A program made the translations under genes and the position numbers. Below, one piece after another: positions 1 through 13,040 of a DNA stretch of 64,000 nt. Positions within the stretch are counted from its first letter, which is position 1; each line of letters starts with the position of its first letter. A model generated the notes under the pieces. That model was not told the origin of the DNA. It ran no database searches and worked only from the letters and a program-made list of their open reading frames with translations. The stretch is from Balanoglossus misakiensis. Lineage: Eukaryota > Animalia > Hemichordata. The stretch spans positions 17,345,028 to 17,409,027 of the forward strand of contig CM082576.2 of NCBI GenBank assembly GCA_040954595.2, written 5' to 3'.

Positions 1-1069
1 TTTCCAGTGATGAACAGCTATTCTTTATGTCAGTGATCGTAGATCGACAGACACTGAACAAAACCTATACAGTGAAGCTTAGGAATAGCTTTCCAACTGC
101 ACCAACACTGGGTCAACTCTGTTTAAACACTGGGTCAACTCTGGGTTAGCACCCTATTGGCGCTCTAATTAGCACCTATTGGGCTTGTGTTTAACTGGGG
201 TGTGCCAAAACAATAGGGTGCGCCAAGATTTCACACTGAACAATGCCAAGTGCCAGGGCCAACAGATTCACACCTTTGTAACACTTGGAACACATTGGCT
301 AACACTGTGTGCCAAAACAATAGGGTGCGCCAAGGTTTAACACCTTTGTAGCACATGCTAACACTGAACAATGCCAAGTGCCAAGGCCAACAGATTCACA
401 CCTTTGTAACACTTGTAACCCATGGGCTAACACTGTGCTGACCCATTATAAACACCATGTCAGCAAGTTGGTAGCAAATTGGAAAGCTATTCCTAAGCTG
501 TACTGTAACTTGCCTGCCTTCTCGCCACGGTCGAGACACCTGATGATCTCCTGCTCCTGCTCGATAGTAAGGACCTTGCGTTTTCTCTTGATCGGAGGCA
601 TTGTAGATGTGCTGTGATCGTTGGCATAAGATGGAATGATAACGTGGCTTTGCCATTGGACATTTATTTGTTTTACCATGCGAACATAATTTGCGAGTGT
701 GGATGAAATTTTTTTCTCTTTTATCATGCCGTTAAGTTAAGTGGGGGTAAGCATTTCTAGCCCACCTTACCGAAAAGACGTCGGTTAGCGGAAAAGGCGC
801 GTTGAACTTCTGTTGTTTTTACCGCCCTTCAATTGACCAAATAATTAAGTGTGAATGATAGAAGTTAATGTGTAAACAGTGTTAAAACTTTAGCGGCAAT
901 CAAGTTACTTTGTCGGCGATTATTTTTAATTGTGGATTCAAGAATATGTACTTGCCACGGCAGTGATTGACATCAGAACAAAGAATGGGGACTTTTGATG
1001 GGACCATGAAAATTTGTTCGGATAAACCGAATTTCGAATAATGGCTTCCGGATAATCAGCGTCCGACTG
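1..1069 (-). mobile_element. pogo/Tigger-like DNA transposon 5' part (HTH_psq coding remnant), interrupted by a MITE
   Basis: Minus strand MPPIKRKRKVLTIEQEQEIIRCLDRGEKAGKL (~601-507) resumes after the 70-505 insertion as FSVCRSTITDIKNS (~58-17), a Tigger/CENP-B psq-type HTH. A TA-CAGT terminus lies at ~1066-1071. Confidence 0.65.
70..505. mobile_element. Tc1/mariner-pogo type MITE with TA target duplication
   Basis: TA|cagtgaagcttaggaatagctttccaa ... ttggaaagctattcctaagctgtactg|TA terminal inverted repeats, with internal direct duplications (e.g. cactgaacaatgccaagtgcca..cacctttgtaacacttg x2). Confidence 0.8.
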
Positions 1070-2308
1070 TATCAGGTATGGTGCCTTATCAGCCTCATGG
1101 AGTTTCGTCTGCATAGTCTTTGTCTGGATCATGTTGCTGAAGTTGGCCGTCATCTGGAAATTTGAATGCCAATGTAAATGCCGTCTTAGCGCGTCTGACG
1201 TCATTTGATATCCATAATGTATGAGATGAAGCCGAATACATTATGGAGCACAATGTGTGCTTGAGTCCATTATGGGTCTTTGGGGCGTTCATTATTCTCA
1301 TTATTTTATAGTTTTGTCAATGCCAGTGAATTTGCAGACTTCAAAAAGTATAGGTGCGAACAATTCAGACTCGGACACGGAGATCGAGAACAGAGCAATG
1401 GCGTACGCGTAAACAAAAGGTCACCTGATCCCGGTGTGTCAGTGTACTGTACATTTCTAGTATCATATTCAAACATCAAGAAATAAATAATGAAGGTTTT
1501 TTAATGCATGTGAAAATTCACTTAAGTGTTCTGCTGAAATATATCTGAAATAGTTTTGATTTTTGTGAAATATTGCATTCGTTTGTGTTCTCAGGAAAAT
1601 TCACGTATACGGGCGCTCTGAAGGTTGCATGCAATACATAAACAAACTCACCCTCGATCGACCCTCCGTATCGCGTGGACAACATGACAGTGACACGGCA
1701 TAATTTTTTACGTATAGCTTCGTTGACATGACTACTTGGTACATGGTACACGGTATTTATGGTGAATCCAGCATCATGGAGAGGTTTGCTTTACGTGCGT
1801 GAGCGAGCCATGTTGACGACGCAGTAGGAAGAAAAAAATAAACAAATCGCCAGTCGAGGTCAGGTTTGGAAATTAATAAATATCGCCGTATTTATTATGT
1901 ATACGTTTGCATTTCTTTTTTAGCCCTTAAAATGTTCGCATTGTTTGAAAACCTCCTTTATTCTGTCAGAAATTGTACACGCCCAGCGCGTCGCACGTCC
2001 GTGTAATAACATTATCAATAATAATGAATAGCGATGACGTCACAAAATTCACTGGTATTGATAAAGCTATAATATAATTATTCACATCTTCATTAATTAT
2101 TCAATTATTAGCGAGGGGTCTTGATGGCCTCTGTAACTGTGGCTGGTGCAGGTGGTGGTGATGGTGCTGGTCACTCGTTTTCTTTGTTCGCTGAATTACT
2201 GCAATCATTATTGTCTTCATCAGTCTCGATGTCTGCAAGTGCAAACAATCCTGCAATACCATCATCGGAAAGCATTTCAAATGTTGGTACGCAGTCATCA
2301 GCTCCGAT

Positions 2309-2930
2309 TCAGTCTTGCAGAGTTGCTTCCGAAAATTCGCCGTGTAAACCATGTTCTGTCGCCGTGTTGAGAAGTTCTGTGACTGACTGTGCTTCTATAT
2401 CTGTGGGCATAACGTCGTCTTCTTGATCCTCGGTAAATGCAGAACCAAGGCCCTTCATCCAACACTTCTCAATTGACTCTGGCTTGATCTGTCTCCAGGA
2501 CTTCGATATGATGTAACGCATGTCTTTGATGTTGTACGTCTTCAAACTTGAAACTAAGGACGAGTTCTGTGGGTCGAGCAGCAACTGGAGAAGAAGTTCT
2601 CGGCGATAGTTTGCTTTGAAGGACCGGATGATTCCTTGGTCCATCGGCTGTAGCCGGCTTGTTGTGTTTTTTGGTAAGCTAAGAAGGGGGCCTTGATTTT
2701 CCCGTCTCTAGTCTTCAGATATTCTGGACAAGGGTGAGCTGGACATTGGTCGAGTAGTAGCAACGCTTTGGGCTCAAGTCCCCTAGCTGTCATGTGGTAG
2801 CGGACACTTGGAACGAAATGTTCGAAAAACCAGTCTTTGAAAAGAAACTGCATCATCCAAGCATTTGGTGAAGCCTTGTAGACAATGAGTAAGTCGGCCA
2901 TAGTGTGATGAAAGCAGCGTGGTTTCAAAC
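2309..2930 (-). pseudogene. pogo/Tigger DDE_1 transposase fragment, frameshifted
   Basis: Overlapping ORFs carry AWM..FKDWF, ALLLLDQCPAHP and QPMDQGIIRSFKANYRR, the typical Tigger/Jerky catalytic motifs. Frameshift near 2680. Confidence 0.85.
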
Positions 2931-3752
2931 TTCTCCCTATAAGCGAACAACTGCCATGGTCGACTTCACAATAGTCTAACTGACCGGAGGTAATAGGTTA
3001 CCTCATAAACATGCACAAAGGTCGCCACAGGGTGGCGCTTTTGAACGGTGTTTGTTTATCTTTGCGTTCTCACTGACTATTTGCGTCGGAGCGCTGGCCC
3101 AGCACTGGCCCTGACCCTCCACTCATCGCCGTCGCAAATTAACACCGGCGCAGTACTGGTGTAAAGCGTTCTCACTTTTTTTTCCCATCTGAGTCGAATC
3201 TGCACTGGTGTTGCACCGGTGTAAACGTTTCAGTGAGAACGCCCTTATAAACTTTGTGTGTGTGGACACAACACAACTCAAAGGATTAATACTCTGTGTT
3301 TACCATGTAGGCAAATCATACACAGGCTACACAGTGAACGCTCTGAGGTATTTGAATATTCACCATTGATAACGACTCATGATCAAATTTTAATATTTTA
3401 ACAATTCTCATTAATATCATTCGCATGAATAAATACTAATCTCCCTCATATTCGAATTAGATGACACAAGCAATAAATCATCCTTGTTTTAGAGAGAAAA
3501 AAATACTTACTTCAAAATGTCTCGTTTTGTTGTGCCGTCCTGAATTTTCCCAGTTAATGTTGCGTGTGGTTTTTATCAAATGTGACACATCACATGTGAA
3601 ACATACATGTATCAGGCGAGATTTGTCTTATGGATTTTCAGTGCAATGTGTTATATCAGCACCATTCTCATGATGAAGTCTGTAAAACTTCCTATTTGGT
3701 GAGGCTCCATGGGAGACAAATGCCCTGACTTTGAAATCGGCCCATTCCAGCA

Positions 3753-5221
3753 TAGCCCGGAGACCACGGTGTCAATTCTAGAATTCCAACGCCCGGTGAC
3801 CGTCTAGCAATGTCCTGCTGAGCTGAAAGATAGTAGCCCTGGCAACGATCAGGGTCGCTTAGTAACGAATGGATAACTAGTGATCTATCAAATGTTGACG
3901 GGCGCCAGTGGTTGGATGATATAATTAACAAAGCTTGGTTATGAATATTCATACACCTTCAAAACCACTCCCACATCCCCGTCGCGGGAATTTCACACAT
4001 GATAACATAGGATGCTTTGACAGTGTGTTTTTACATTGACCCATTATGGGAATCAGGGTCTGTTTCTTGTTCTACTGGTGGTGATCGCGAAGTTTTGCAG
4101 TTTTTTGATCTGGTGAAATCGTGGTAGAGGCAGTAATTCTAACAACATTTCACCATTAGAAGCCGTATGACTTGGGAAAAAACATTTAACGCTTCTAGAG
4201 ATTTCTAAATAAACTAAATACTAGTCGGGATACTAGTAATATTGTGAGTTATGTTTGTCTGTCTCCTACTTGAGTGAATGTTAGGCTGCATGAGAGATGT
4301 GGAAATATAATTGGTCTGGTTATAAATAAAATTCTCTTTTCTTTTGAAATAAAATTTTACTTTGCTGAAATGGTTACGATATGCGTAGAGAATTACTTTA
4401 CGACATTAGAATATAATCTAACAATAACAGGAAGGGAAGCGCAATCATTAAACAGATCAACTTTACAGTTTGTTACGAACAATGCCGATAACATTTTTTT
4501 GGTAGACTTCACTTCGGATGATGTCGATATATTTGGGTGTCATCCATTGTTCCGGATTACCAAAGACAAGTTCATAATATCCCTCGGCAACACCAGAGTT
4601 ATCATCTCCAAGTCGTGTGGCTCTCAGCCCAATGTTCTCGCAGCTCCGGACTTGGTCCTCGATGAGTGCGTTGAGTGGGCTGATCACCAACACGACCGAT
4701 TTTGAAACGCCTTCCAAATGTCTGGGAAGTCCTTTAATGTTCTTGCGATCTATCGTTGCCGCGATCCTTGCGGCCATTAGGTACACTATTGACTTGTCGA
4801 ACCCTGTTGGGAGAACACAAAATGTGTCTTCCCTGCTTAGAAATGAAAGTAGGGCCACTTCTTGCTCACTCTTTAGAGCTTTGATCGATGGCACAGTTTC
4901 TAAAAACTGCGTAGAAGCAGCACGTACTTCCAGTTTAAACGAGGAATCGCTAGCCATGGCCATGATCAACGCCAATATCGGAGTGAACAATGAATTTGTG
5001 TTATCTAGTTATGTAAATTAACTTTTGAAAACATACTTGGTGACTCCACCTCTATTTCCTTATTTAGAATGCGATGATGTCATTTGGTTTACATTGAGTG
5101 ACCAATTAGCTTACACGCAAGATTTACCACCCGTGTCGTTCTACGCACAGAATTCTGTGTGTAAATAGAGACTGTCACCGGGCGTCTCCTTTCTAGAATC
5201 GACACCCTGGACTCCGGGCTA
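3753..5221 (-). mobile_element. AcademH-like DNA transposon, internally deleted, carrying a RecQ-like SF2 helicase remnant
   Basis: TIRs tagcccggagacca.. / ..ggactccgggcta with TAG..CTA ends. Perfect 9-bp TSD attccagca at 3744-3752 and 5222-5230. Internal ORF 4463-4990 is RecQ-like. Confidence 0.85.
4463..4990 (-). pseudogene. RecQ-like DEAD/H helicase N-terminal fragment (transposon-borne)
   Basis: LKSEQ (Q motif), DTFCVLPTGFDKS (degenerate Walker A), VLVISPLNALIEDQV (motif Ia), LVFGNPE. Truncated just before motif II. Confidence 0.8.
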
Positions 5222-5419
5222 ATTCCAGCACTGCGACCACATCCCATACTGCCCAGTTGAGTTGTTGGCTATTGAATCCACAACAGGGAAAGTTTACCAT
5301 GCAAAAACTTCATGGAGTGGCGAACTACATGTACAGTGTATAAAGGTTAGAACATGAGTGGCCAATGGGCCACCACCATCATCACCTTGATGCATGTTAT
5401 CATCATCATCACCAGCCTG

Positions 5420-6215
5420 TTTCTCTACAAACTTCATTATTTCGTCGTTGACATTTCCAAGTTTGCAGAAACCAAGAAGATTTCCAGTGTCCTTCTTGTA
5501 GACAAATCCGCTCTTTATTCCAATCTAATCAAACACCCAGGGACTTGTTTCTTTGGTATTCGTGCATGTTCGATGCATCGCCTGTGTCAACGATGTTCTC
5601 AATGATGTCTGTGATGACTCCTTCAGTTGATGATGTGATGCGGGTATAGTCCCCTCAGTGTACTCTCACATTGCAGGAGTAGAGTTTGGTCTGTCTTACA
5701 AAGCGATGTGCTGCTGGTTATTTTGAATGAAGTGCAATACACCATTTAATCATTATAAGGTGCCATCTTCTTTGATGACTTGATCTTGACAAAGCTTCCT
5801 TTTGCTGCTGCCAAAATAAATGGTGTGGGCTCCCTGGTTTATGGGTTGACAGAATCTCATCATTCTTTTCATCCATGATTGTTGAAAATGATTTAGCGAG
5901 ATCATCACTTAGAATTTCACCCCTTTCTTCAATTACATTGCGTAACCGACTTTTCAGATCGTGTACTTTTTTTTTTCCAAGTCTTCTTCTCTCCTTGCAG
6001 GGTTCTTGTCTTGAGTTCAAGTGCAGATCTGCTCAGTGTGTCCTTTCTGATGCAGTTGTACTTTTCTGAATGACCAGCTGATGATGTCTTTTCAATTTCC
6101 CTCCTTGTTAAAATACTCAAGGTGTTATGGTGTATGGAGCAAACAGCACACCGTGATGTACTGTCTGAAGACAACAGGAGTTCACAGTTAATGTGTCTGA
6201 TACAATTTGGTCGAG
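5420..6215 (-). pseudogene. P-element/THAP9-like transposase relic
   Basis: Minus-strand pieces RCAVC, FWQQQKEAL..RRWHLIMIKWCIALHSK and VFD*IGIKSGFVYKKDTGNLLGFCKLGNVN match the P-transposase pattern. Stops and frameshifts present. Confidence 0.7.
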
Positions 6216-6365
6216 GGTCAGGTCTTCCTTGCAGTGCTTTCCGGCAAACCTTTTTGTTTCTCCCTCCTTGGACAATTTGGTGTTTTATTTCAACATCCTT
6301 CACAATTTGGTCGGTGAAATCACAATTAATCGCCAGTTTCTTTAGACGAGTCACAAACTGGTCAT
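6216..6365 (-). mobile_element. Short Ty3/Gypsy gag-like fragment
   Basis: DQFVTRLKKLAINCDF..EIKHQIVQGGRNKKVCRKAL resembles the K02A2.6-type gag signature (F+TRL+.LA..C.F...I+DQ++.G). Confidence 0.55.
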
Positions 6366-7968
6366 CATCAGTGAATTGAAGATCTTCTGGGACATACCGT
6401 TTCGCAGCTTGGTTTTCACTCGGGTCAGAGCGCTGAACCCTTTTTCAAAATCTGAAAACAATGCAAGAAAGTAAAACTTTAAAATTTATAAATCAGCTTC
6501 TGTTATTGTTTTCACCTTATTTTATTTAAAAGACAACATTATCTTCGTAGATAATAAAGTAATACTAACCAGTAGTAGGAACAGGTATGGTGAGTGAAAT
6601 TTCAGCCAACTTTGCCAGATTTGGAAATGTTCCTGACAGTTCATCAGTCATCAGATCGAGGGTTTCTTTCATGTTCATCGCTGTTGTCTTCCCATGGAGT
6701 GTGGGCAGGAGACACTTCCACTCCTCCCTGGCCTCGCCATCATCTACAATACTGCTGTACTGGTCCAAAAGTACCTATATGAAAGAAAAAAGAAACAATT
6801 ATTGAACAAAATTTGATTTCTGACAATATACTTATTGTATGAACACAATCGGCGTTGAGACAGAGGTTCAACTTCCATTTCAACAACGTTCCTCCCTCTC
6901 TATTAGTTGTACTGAAGGCAAATCGGTAAAGCCAGCTGCGGCTAGTTTGGACAATGTGTATGACATTATTCTATTTTCCGCTGCCCAATGCTGGACGTCA
7001 ATGGGAATGTCCGGTCCCATTTCTGTTGTCAATGTTCCTCGACTTGTACTCGCTGGAGTGATAGAGCCTGTATTCTGGAACATGTCTTGTAACGTTCCTG
7101 GTGTTAGTTGGTAGCTAGCGTCCATCGGTGGGTTCACGGCGGCAGGACGGAAATCAGGCTGCTGCTTGCCAGTTGCTAGCTGGAATTTTAAATTGGCTGC
7201 TGGTTGCCAAACACCATCGTCTGTTGCTGCATGTAAAAGGCTGACTGGCTATGCGTCTTAAAAACTCCCGCTTAAATACACTACTCGTTGTTGAGGCAAA
7301 TGTGACCTATAGCAGTAGCAAAGACGCATAGCCTCTGATAGGCCAGCAGCGATAAACTATTTAAATCTGACATTTCATTTCTCTCTGAAATAAACATCCA
7401 ACACTGTTACTATGTACAGGCAAATGTGACCTTTAAGAAATCGTGGGTTGTAGAGTCTCATTATGTAAAGTTACACAGCTTGAGAATAAACGAGTGACCC
7501 CCCCCCCCCCCCCCCCCCCTCTCAATGAGCTACACAAGAATTTGAAACACGTTAAATATTAAATATGCCTTAAAGTCAAACCTCTCTATAGTGGCCAGTC
7601 AAGGGACTTCCCTAAACTGGCCTTTATAGAGAGGTGACCTTTATATACTGCTATATTGTATGAACATATAGCAGTTTGTTTTAAAAGAATATAACTAGCA
7701 TTTTATCATACTTTGGGGAATCTTGCATGAAACTGCTGTTGCTACAAGGAAAAACAAATACTGAAAAATAGCCAAAAGTTGCAAATCTTGTGTCTATACT
7801 GTAACTACATACCTGTAAGTTCTCCTGCCCATAATCATCCATGATTTCACACAGGGATAGGTCAGGTATGTGCTTTGGATTGAATATTGAAAACCCATCC
7901 ATTATAGTTGCATCTGGGAATCAGGCATTGATGTTTTGGCAAACAGCGGTGTTGAACTTATCATGGAT
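6362..7968 (-). pseudogene. Intron-containing hAT (ZNF862-like) transposase relic, C-terminal hATC region
   Basis: Three GT-AG exons, 7968-7813, 6774-6570 and 6451-~6362, splice in frame to NA*FPD..YGQENLQ / VLLDQY..EEWK..FPNLAKLAEISLTIPVPTT / DFEKGFSALTRVKTKLRN. One premature TGA. Confidence 0.75.
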
Positions 7969-8518
7969 CTGGAAAGAGAAGACCACAAAAATGCTGTTCA
8001 CAGTTAGTATCAGCATATACTCTAAAGGTTTCTAAATTTAAACTTAACAGAGTCTTACTTTTGCTCAGTATATTGGCTGTGCTGCTGGGTGAAGTATCCT
8101 CGTCGCCAAATGCAGTGTTCAGGATATTGAGTAGAGAGAGAGAGCACATGACACCAGGATGGCTGAATACTGACTGACTGACTTTATTCAAATCAACCTT
8201 TAAATAGGTGCCATATAACAGGTGCAATAACACTGCTATATGCAAATACAATACTGTAGGTCACTACACACGCCATCCCACGCGAACAAAAATACTTGCA
8301 TCGGGAAGATTGGTTTTCAAAGAAAACCTAGGAACATATTGTTTTTTAGCGGAAGTTCGCGGAAAACTCAAAATATTCGTATTTATAGCTGTAACTGTTA
8401 GCTCAGCCTCTTGGATGAGTATAGTGAAAATGAATTATTTTGTTATTTCACTCTAAAAAATATTCAACACAAGGGTATAGTTTGGAATAAGGTGCTACAT
8501 ATAGTATATATGTAAACT

Positions 8519-8931
8519 TAGCCCGGAGACCAGGGCGTCGATCTAGAATACAACGCCCGGTGACAGCCTAGCAATGTCCTGCTGAGCTGAAAGATAGTAG
8601 CCCTGGCAACGATCAGGGTCGCTTAGTAACGAATGGATAACGAGTGATCTATCAAATGTTGATGGGCGCCAGTGGTTGGATGATATAATTAACAAAGCTT
8701 GGTTATGAATATTCATACACCTTCAAGACCACTCCCACATCCCATTGCGGGAATGTCACACCTCTATTTCCTTATTTAGAATGCGATGATGTCATTTGGT
8801 TTACATTGAGTGACCAATTAGCTTACACACAAGATTTACCACCCGTGTTGTTCTATGCACAGAATTCTGTTCGTAAATAGAGACTGTCACCAGGTGTCTC
8901 TTTTCGATGCCCTGGTCTCAGCTCCGGGCTA
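8519..8931. mobile_element. Non-autonomous 413-bp derivative of the AcademH-like element at 3753-5221
   Basis: Both arms are near-identical to the ends of 3753-5221. It has its own 9-bp TSD atgtaaact at 8510-8518 and 8932-8940. Confidence 0.9.
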
Positions 8932-9013
8932 ATGTAAACTCAAAACCCAAGGTGGATTTTCCATGTCTGTTGTATTAAAAATAATTGATTTCATACTTTT
9001 TTGTGTCTTTCAG

Positions 9014-9739
9014 GGGAGTGGTCCAGTTATTTAACGCAGTGAAAAAACAACAAACAACACTGGAAACTAAACTCAAAGATGCAGGTCCATCAGAGAGAAA
9101 AAAAGCTAAAGTAATGGTATCTCTCACAAAGGGTGACTTTGTAGACTTATTGAAGGGAGCTCCAGCTGATGTTCTCAAGAAATCAAAGCCAGACAGTTTT
9201 GGACACAGAAGTAAATCAATGGAAGCTGTAAGTACACAATGAAAGATAATTATCGGAATATAAAAGTAACAAAGTACAGTGTTGGATCTTGCAACGTCAA
9301 GAAAGACACTTTTAGAATCAATCAAATTCCTTAAAGGAACAAAGTCTCTCTCGCTGCCAATTTTTCACGCTTTTTGTTTGTTACAAGACACCGTTTTACG
9401 TTATTCTACATGTGAATATACCGGTATACTAATTCAATGTTCGACAACACACAACTTCCTTCCCGTTTGTAGGATATGAGAGTAAAAATCTCGTCAAAAT
9501 GAACAAACTATTCATTTTGGCAAGTTTTTCATTCTTGTGTCTACAAGTGGGATGGAAGTAATGTTATTCTACTGGTGATTTCTAACTTTGGTCTTGACTC
9601 AACTCTTCTTATGTTACAGACTAGTCAATCATCAGAAGAGAGAGAGAAGGGTGCGGCTTGGAATGTTTTACAGGAAGACTTTATGATGAGTGCCAAGATG
9701 AAGAATTGGGATCGAGAGAGTAACAGTGATGAAGATTGA
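9014..9739 (+). CDS. RRP15: RRP15-like ribosomal RNA processing protein, last two coding exons (9014-9227, 9620-9739); 5' exons not found in the window
   Basis: (R)GVVQLFNAVKKQQ..LKDAGPSERKKAK..KGDFVDLLKG spliced via gtaagt..ttacag to ..AWNVLQEDFMMSAKMKNWDRESNSDED*. Matches the conserved RRP15 C-terminus. AATAAA at 10243 and 10365. Confidence 0.93.
9331..9560. mobile_element. Truncated copy of the ~355-bp palindromic TTAA MITE (family A)
   Basis: ttaa-aggaacaaagtctctctcgctgcc.. left arm and centre are present; most of the right arm is lost. Confidence 0.75.
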
Positions 9740-12700
9740 AGATTGTGTAATGTCCTTCAGTCAGGGTTTGCGCTAAACGTTCGCCACATTCTCAAATTCA
9801 CAAATGAATCTTGAATGTGGCATGTACTGAACTGAACTGTGGTTTTCCAGTTGTGTGTCATTTTTGACATCTGGTCACACATACCATGTCCATCGTGATT
9901 GACGAACACTGACTCTGAAAGAATAATGCTGTTACGTACTGCTGCGATGCTAGTTGAACCACATTGAACAAAACAAATACTGCAGACTGAGTGACTTTGG
10001 CTCTTCACACATCAATAACACTGGATTAACTAAATATCTGTGAACTGCCGAACTACAACACATCCCCAAAGTGATTTCACAGCACCACATTTAAAGTGTG
10101 TGAAAACTGGTCACTACTAGCCCACAAGCGAGGACCGTGTCATCCATGACTTATAGAAGACCTGAAATGAGGAACAGTTTGTATTTGTATTTTGAATGAA
10201 ATACCTGCAGCTACCTAAGTTATGGTGCTGTTTAATTTTTTGAATAAAAACGACTGTCTCATTGCCATAAATTTGTGGAATTGTATCCTTGTGTATATGT
10301 TGTAGACCCCCATGTCTACTTTGAGAAAAAAGCCTACAGCTTTAGGAACAAAGCACTATGTTCTAATAAAATACTGCAATGAAGATGTACATAGGGATAT
10401 CACATTCATAATCTGACTAAAAATCATCAATGCTTGTCAAAGAGCTGATGATGTTATGCTTGTGTGAAGCATTCAAAATATGAATGCATAAACTTACAAA
10501 TTGTGGTTTTGCTGAGTAGATCTGGCCTGTTATCCTTTTATAGCCAGCAGCATAAAACACTCCCGTCAACCTCAGAGGATGTGTATCACATCTTCCCGAA
10601 GGAGTGTTTCACCTTCCTTTCATCTTACTGTCACTCTCACCACAAGGTCAAGGTCAAGGATGTTTATGTGGGTAGCGTCATTCGATGAATCAGCAAGCAG
10701 AAACCAAAAGTTGGGTCACGCCACACCCTCTAGGATTTCAGAAGGGTGGAGTCCCAGATTGACAGATTTCAATGGGTACAACATACATGTGGTATATCTA
10801 GAATACAGAGAACCTGAAGTTGCATGTGGCATTGTTCTATTAGCACTTTAAAAAAACATGCGCAACAAATATTTGCAGGGCAGAGACCAAAAGTGCTCAC
10901 TCCAAATCTCGTCGCCGTCACTTATTGACAGAATAAGCAATTGGTTAGTCTAAGGGAACTGTCAGTAATTAAAGGGGATTAAGGCCGGCGGGAGGGGGTA
11001 GATCGTAAACCACTACCTCTTTGACATGCTTAAGGCAACAGAAATTACATGCCATCACATGAGGCATTGATGAGAAATAATTAGAAAGTCAGACAACGTC
11101 TCTTCAATCAACATTTCAGTATAATAAGAGGAAATTAGATATTGTGAGCAATTTTGGCAAAGGAAAATATTGTATAGTTAATGAGAAGAGTGACTCTCCT
11201 GTAATTTTCTCTCACGAGGAAATGTGGCAATTGCACGAAATTCCCACAAGTTTCCAACTCCCCTTCCTCAATGCAAGTATCCTGAATCCAGGTACAATGT
11301 AGTCGGAATATCGTGAGAAGCGCCCTCACCGACCACATGGTTAATGTGAAATTTTGTCAGTTTTTCTCATTATTTCGCAAAGTTTCTGATAAAGTACGCG
11401 CGGCCTTTACATTTATATATTAGACAGTCACAAATTTGGCAATACTTTCACTGTTTTAAGTTCTCAATCAGGCCATTTTTCAAAACTTTTGATTTTACAA
11501 ATGTACTAGAAGTTGACCGAAAGTACGTCCTGTGACCGAATGAAAAGCTACATAATGTCTAACAACCTGAGAAAGGTATTGTATTGTAATTTTCAAGGCT
11601 CGCTGTCGTTCAACACTGAAGAGGTGTCGCCTTTTGAATCTGACGTCTGGTCCGATTAGTGATGCTTTCCCTGCATTCTTGTGTGGTGACGTCATGGCAT
11701 CCCCAGAAGCCTCGCCGTCTCTCTCTCTCTCTCACTCTGGCGTTTGCAGTCGTCGAGTGAACATGGACTGACACGCCTGGTCGGCTAAAAGAAAACCCCA
11801 GAGTCGCAATAAGGAACATTTCTACTAAATATGTTTGTTTGTCGGAAGAACGAGTGCTTCTGCCATTACTGGTGTGACTAGGCCGGGATACTATAGTATT
11901 TCGCAGAATATTCATTTTCCACGCTGTTCAACGTGCCCACACGTACAGCTGTCGAACTTTGCGAGGCTGACCGTTCAAGCCAACATGACGCTATCATATA
12001 TACGGACTTTTAGGCTTACAGAAAAACAGAAAATTGGTGGCAGTCTTTGCGGGGTGGGGGTGGGGGTGGGGTGGTTTCGACTCAATAGCGTCATTTTCCA
12101 CGGGGTTTCAGTGTTCTCGTGGGCAGTGAGTCGAGATTTTCGTGGCAGTCACTCTCAGGGCATGGTACTCCTTACCAGGTCACCGGAACGAATCTAGTAG
12201 TTCCATACAGTGATCAGAGTGCTGTGACGTTTAATATCGACTGTATTACTTAGATTAGCATGGGCCTATTGTGTTTTGCAGAGTTGAGTTCTACAAGTAA
12301 GTTTCAGTTCAGTTCCGCAGACAGAGTCATCAGTTGTCGACGAACGTTTCAAGAGAAAAATAGTAAGACTCTATACTAGAATTTCATTTAATATGCATCC
12401 AGCCACCGTTTCTCTTGTCCTTCTCAACAAACATTCCAACAAAAGACCAATATTCATGACTTACTAATTTGCATATTGTTTTCAACGCCTGTCTGCTCCC
12501 ATAACAGAAACGGAAGAAGCAGAGGGCTCTGGGTAGCCGAGACTACAGCTCCTAGGACTTGAAAAAAATTAGGAACAGTTTACCCAGAATTCAATTATTA
12601 TAATGTAATTTGACCCCCTAGCACGAAGTAAAAATCTATTTGAGGCAGCCGGAATCAGATAATAAGATGAAACTGGTGAAGATGCAGGCCACAGAAGACT

Positions 12701-12906
12701 CTATTAACAGTTTCCAGCATTCTTTCAACCCTTTCAACTTTCTCCATATCTTTAATTTCCTCCAACAAACCCTCTATTTATCACCCGATTGTCTTAGAGT
12801 TCAGAGACATAAGAGAAGGGGACATTAAAAGAGAGAAGAAAAGAAAGACTGTGCGGCAGAGATAAATTCACCTTTACGCAATTCTAGTTATATTGTGCAG
12901 ACATTG

Positions 12907-12912
12907 TTTATT
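12907..12912 (-). terminator. Polyadenylation signal of the BRICHOS gene
   Basis: AATAAA on the minus strand ~130 nt after the TAG at 13041-13043. Confidence 0.6.
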
Positions 12913-13040
12913 CATTGCTGACGAAAGTCATCTAATGGTGACAATCATATTATACAGACAAATCATCATTTAGATCTAAACTAGCATTAAGTTGGCCTCC
13001 TTCTTCTACCAACTTCATGGAGACTGTCATGCTAGGTCAT

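Noticed and set aside
100-430. Direct repeats that could suggest a CRISPR-like array
   Set aside because: Only two copies of each unit, no unique spacers, and they lie inside a TA-flanked MITE in eukaryotic DNA.
4463-4990. Host RecQ/BLM/WRN helicase gene
   Set aside because: Intronless, truncated, Walker A degenerate, and enclosed by TIRs and a TSD, so it is transposon cargo.
6880-7137. ORF with a SAM-like pattern (possible DIRS gag N-terminus)
   Set aside because: Short and isolated, with no RT or recombinase nearby; cannot be supported without a search.
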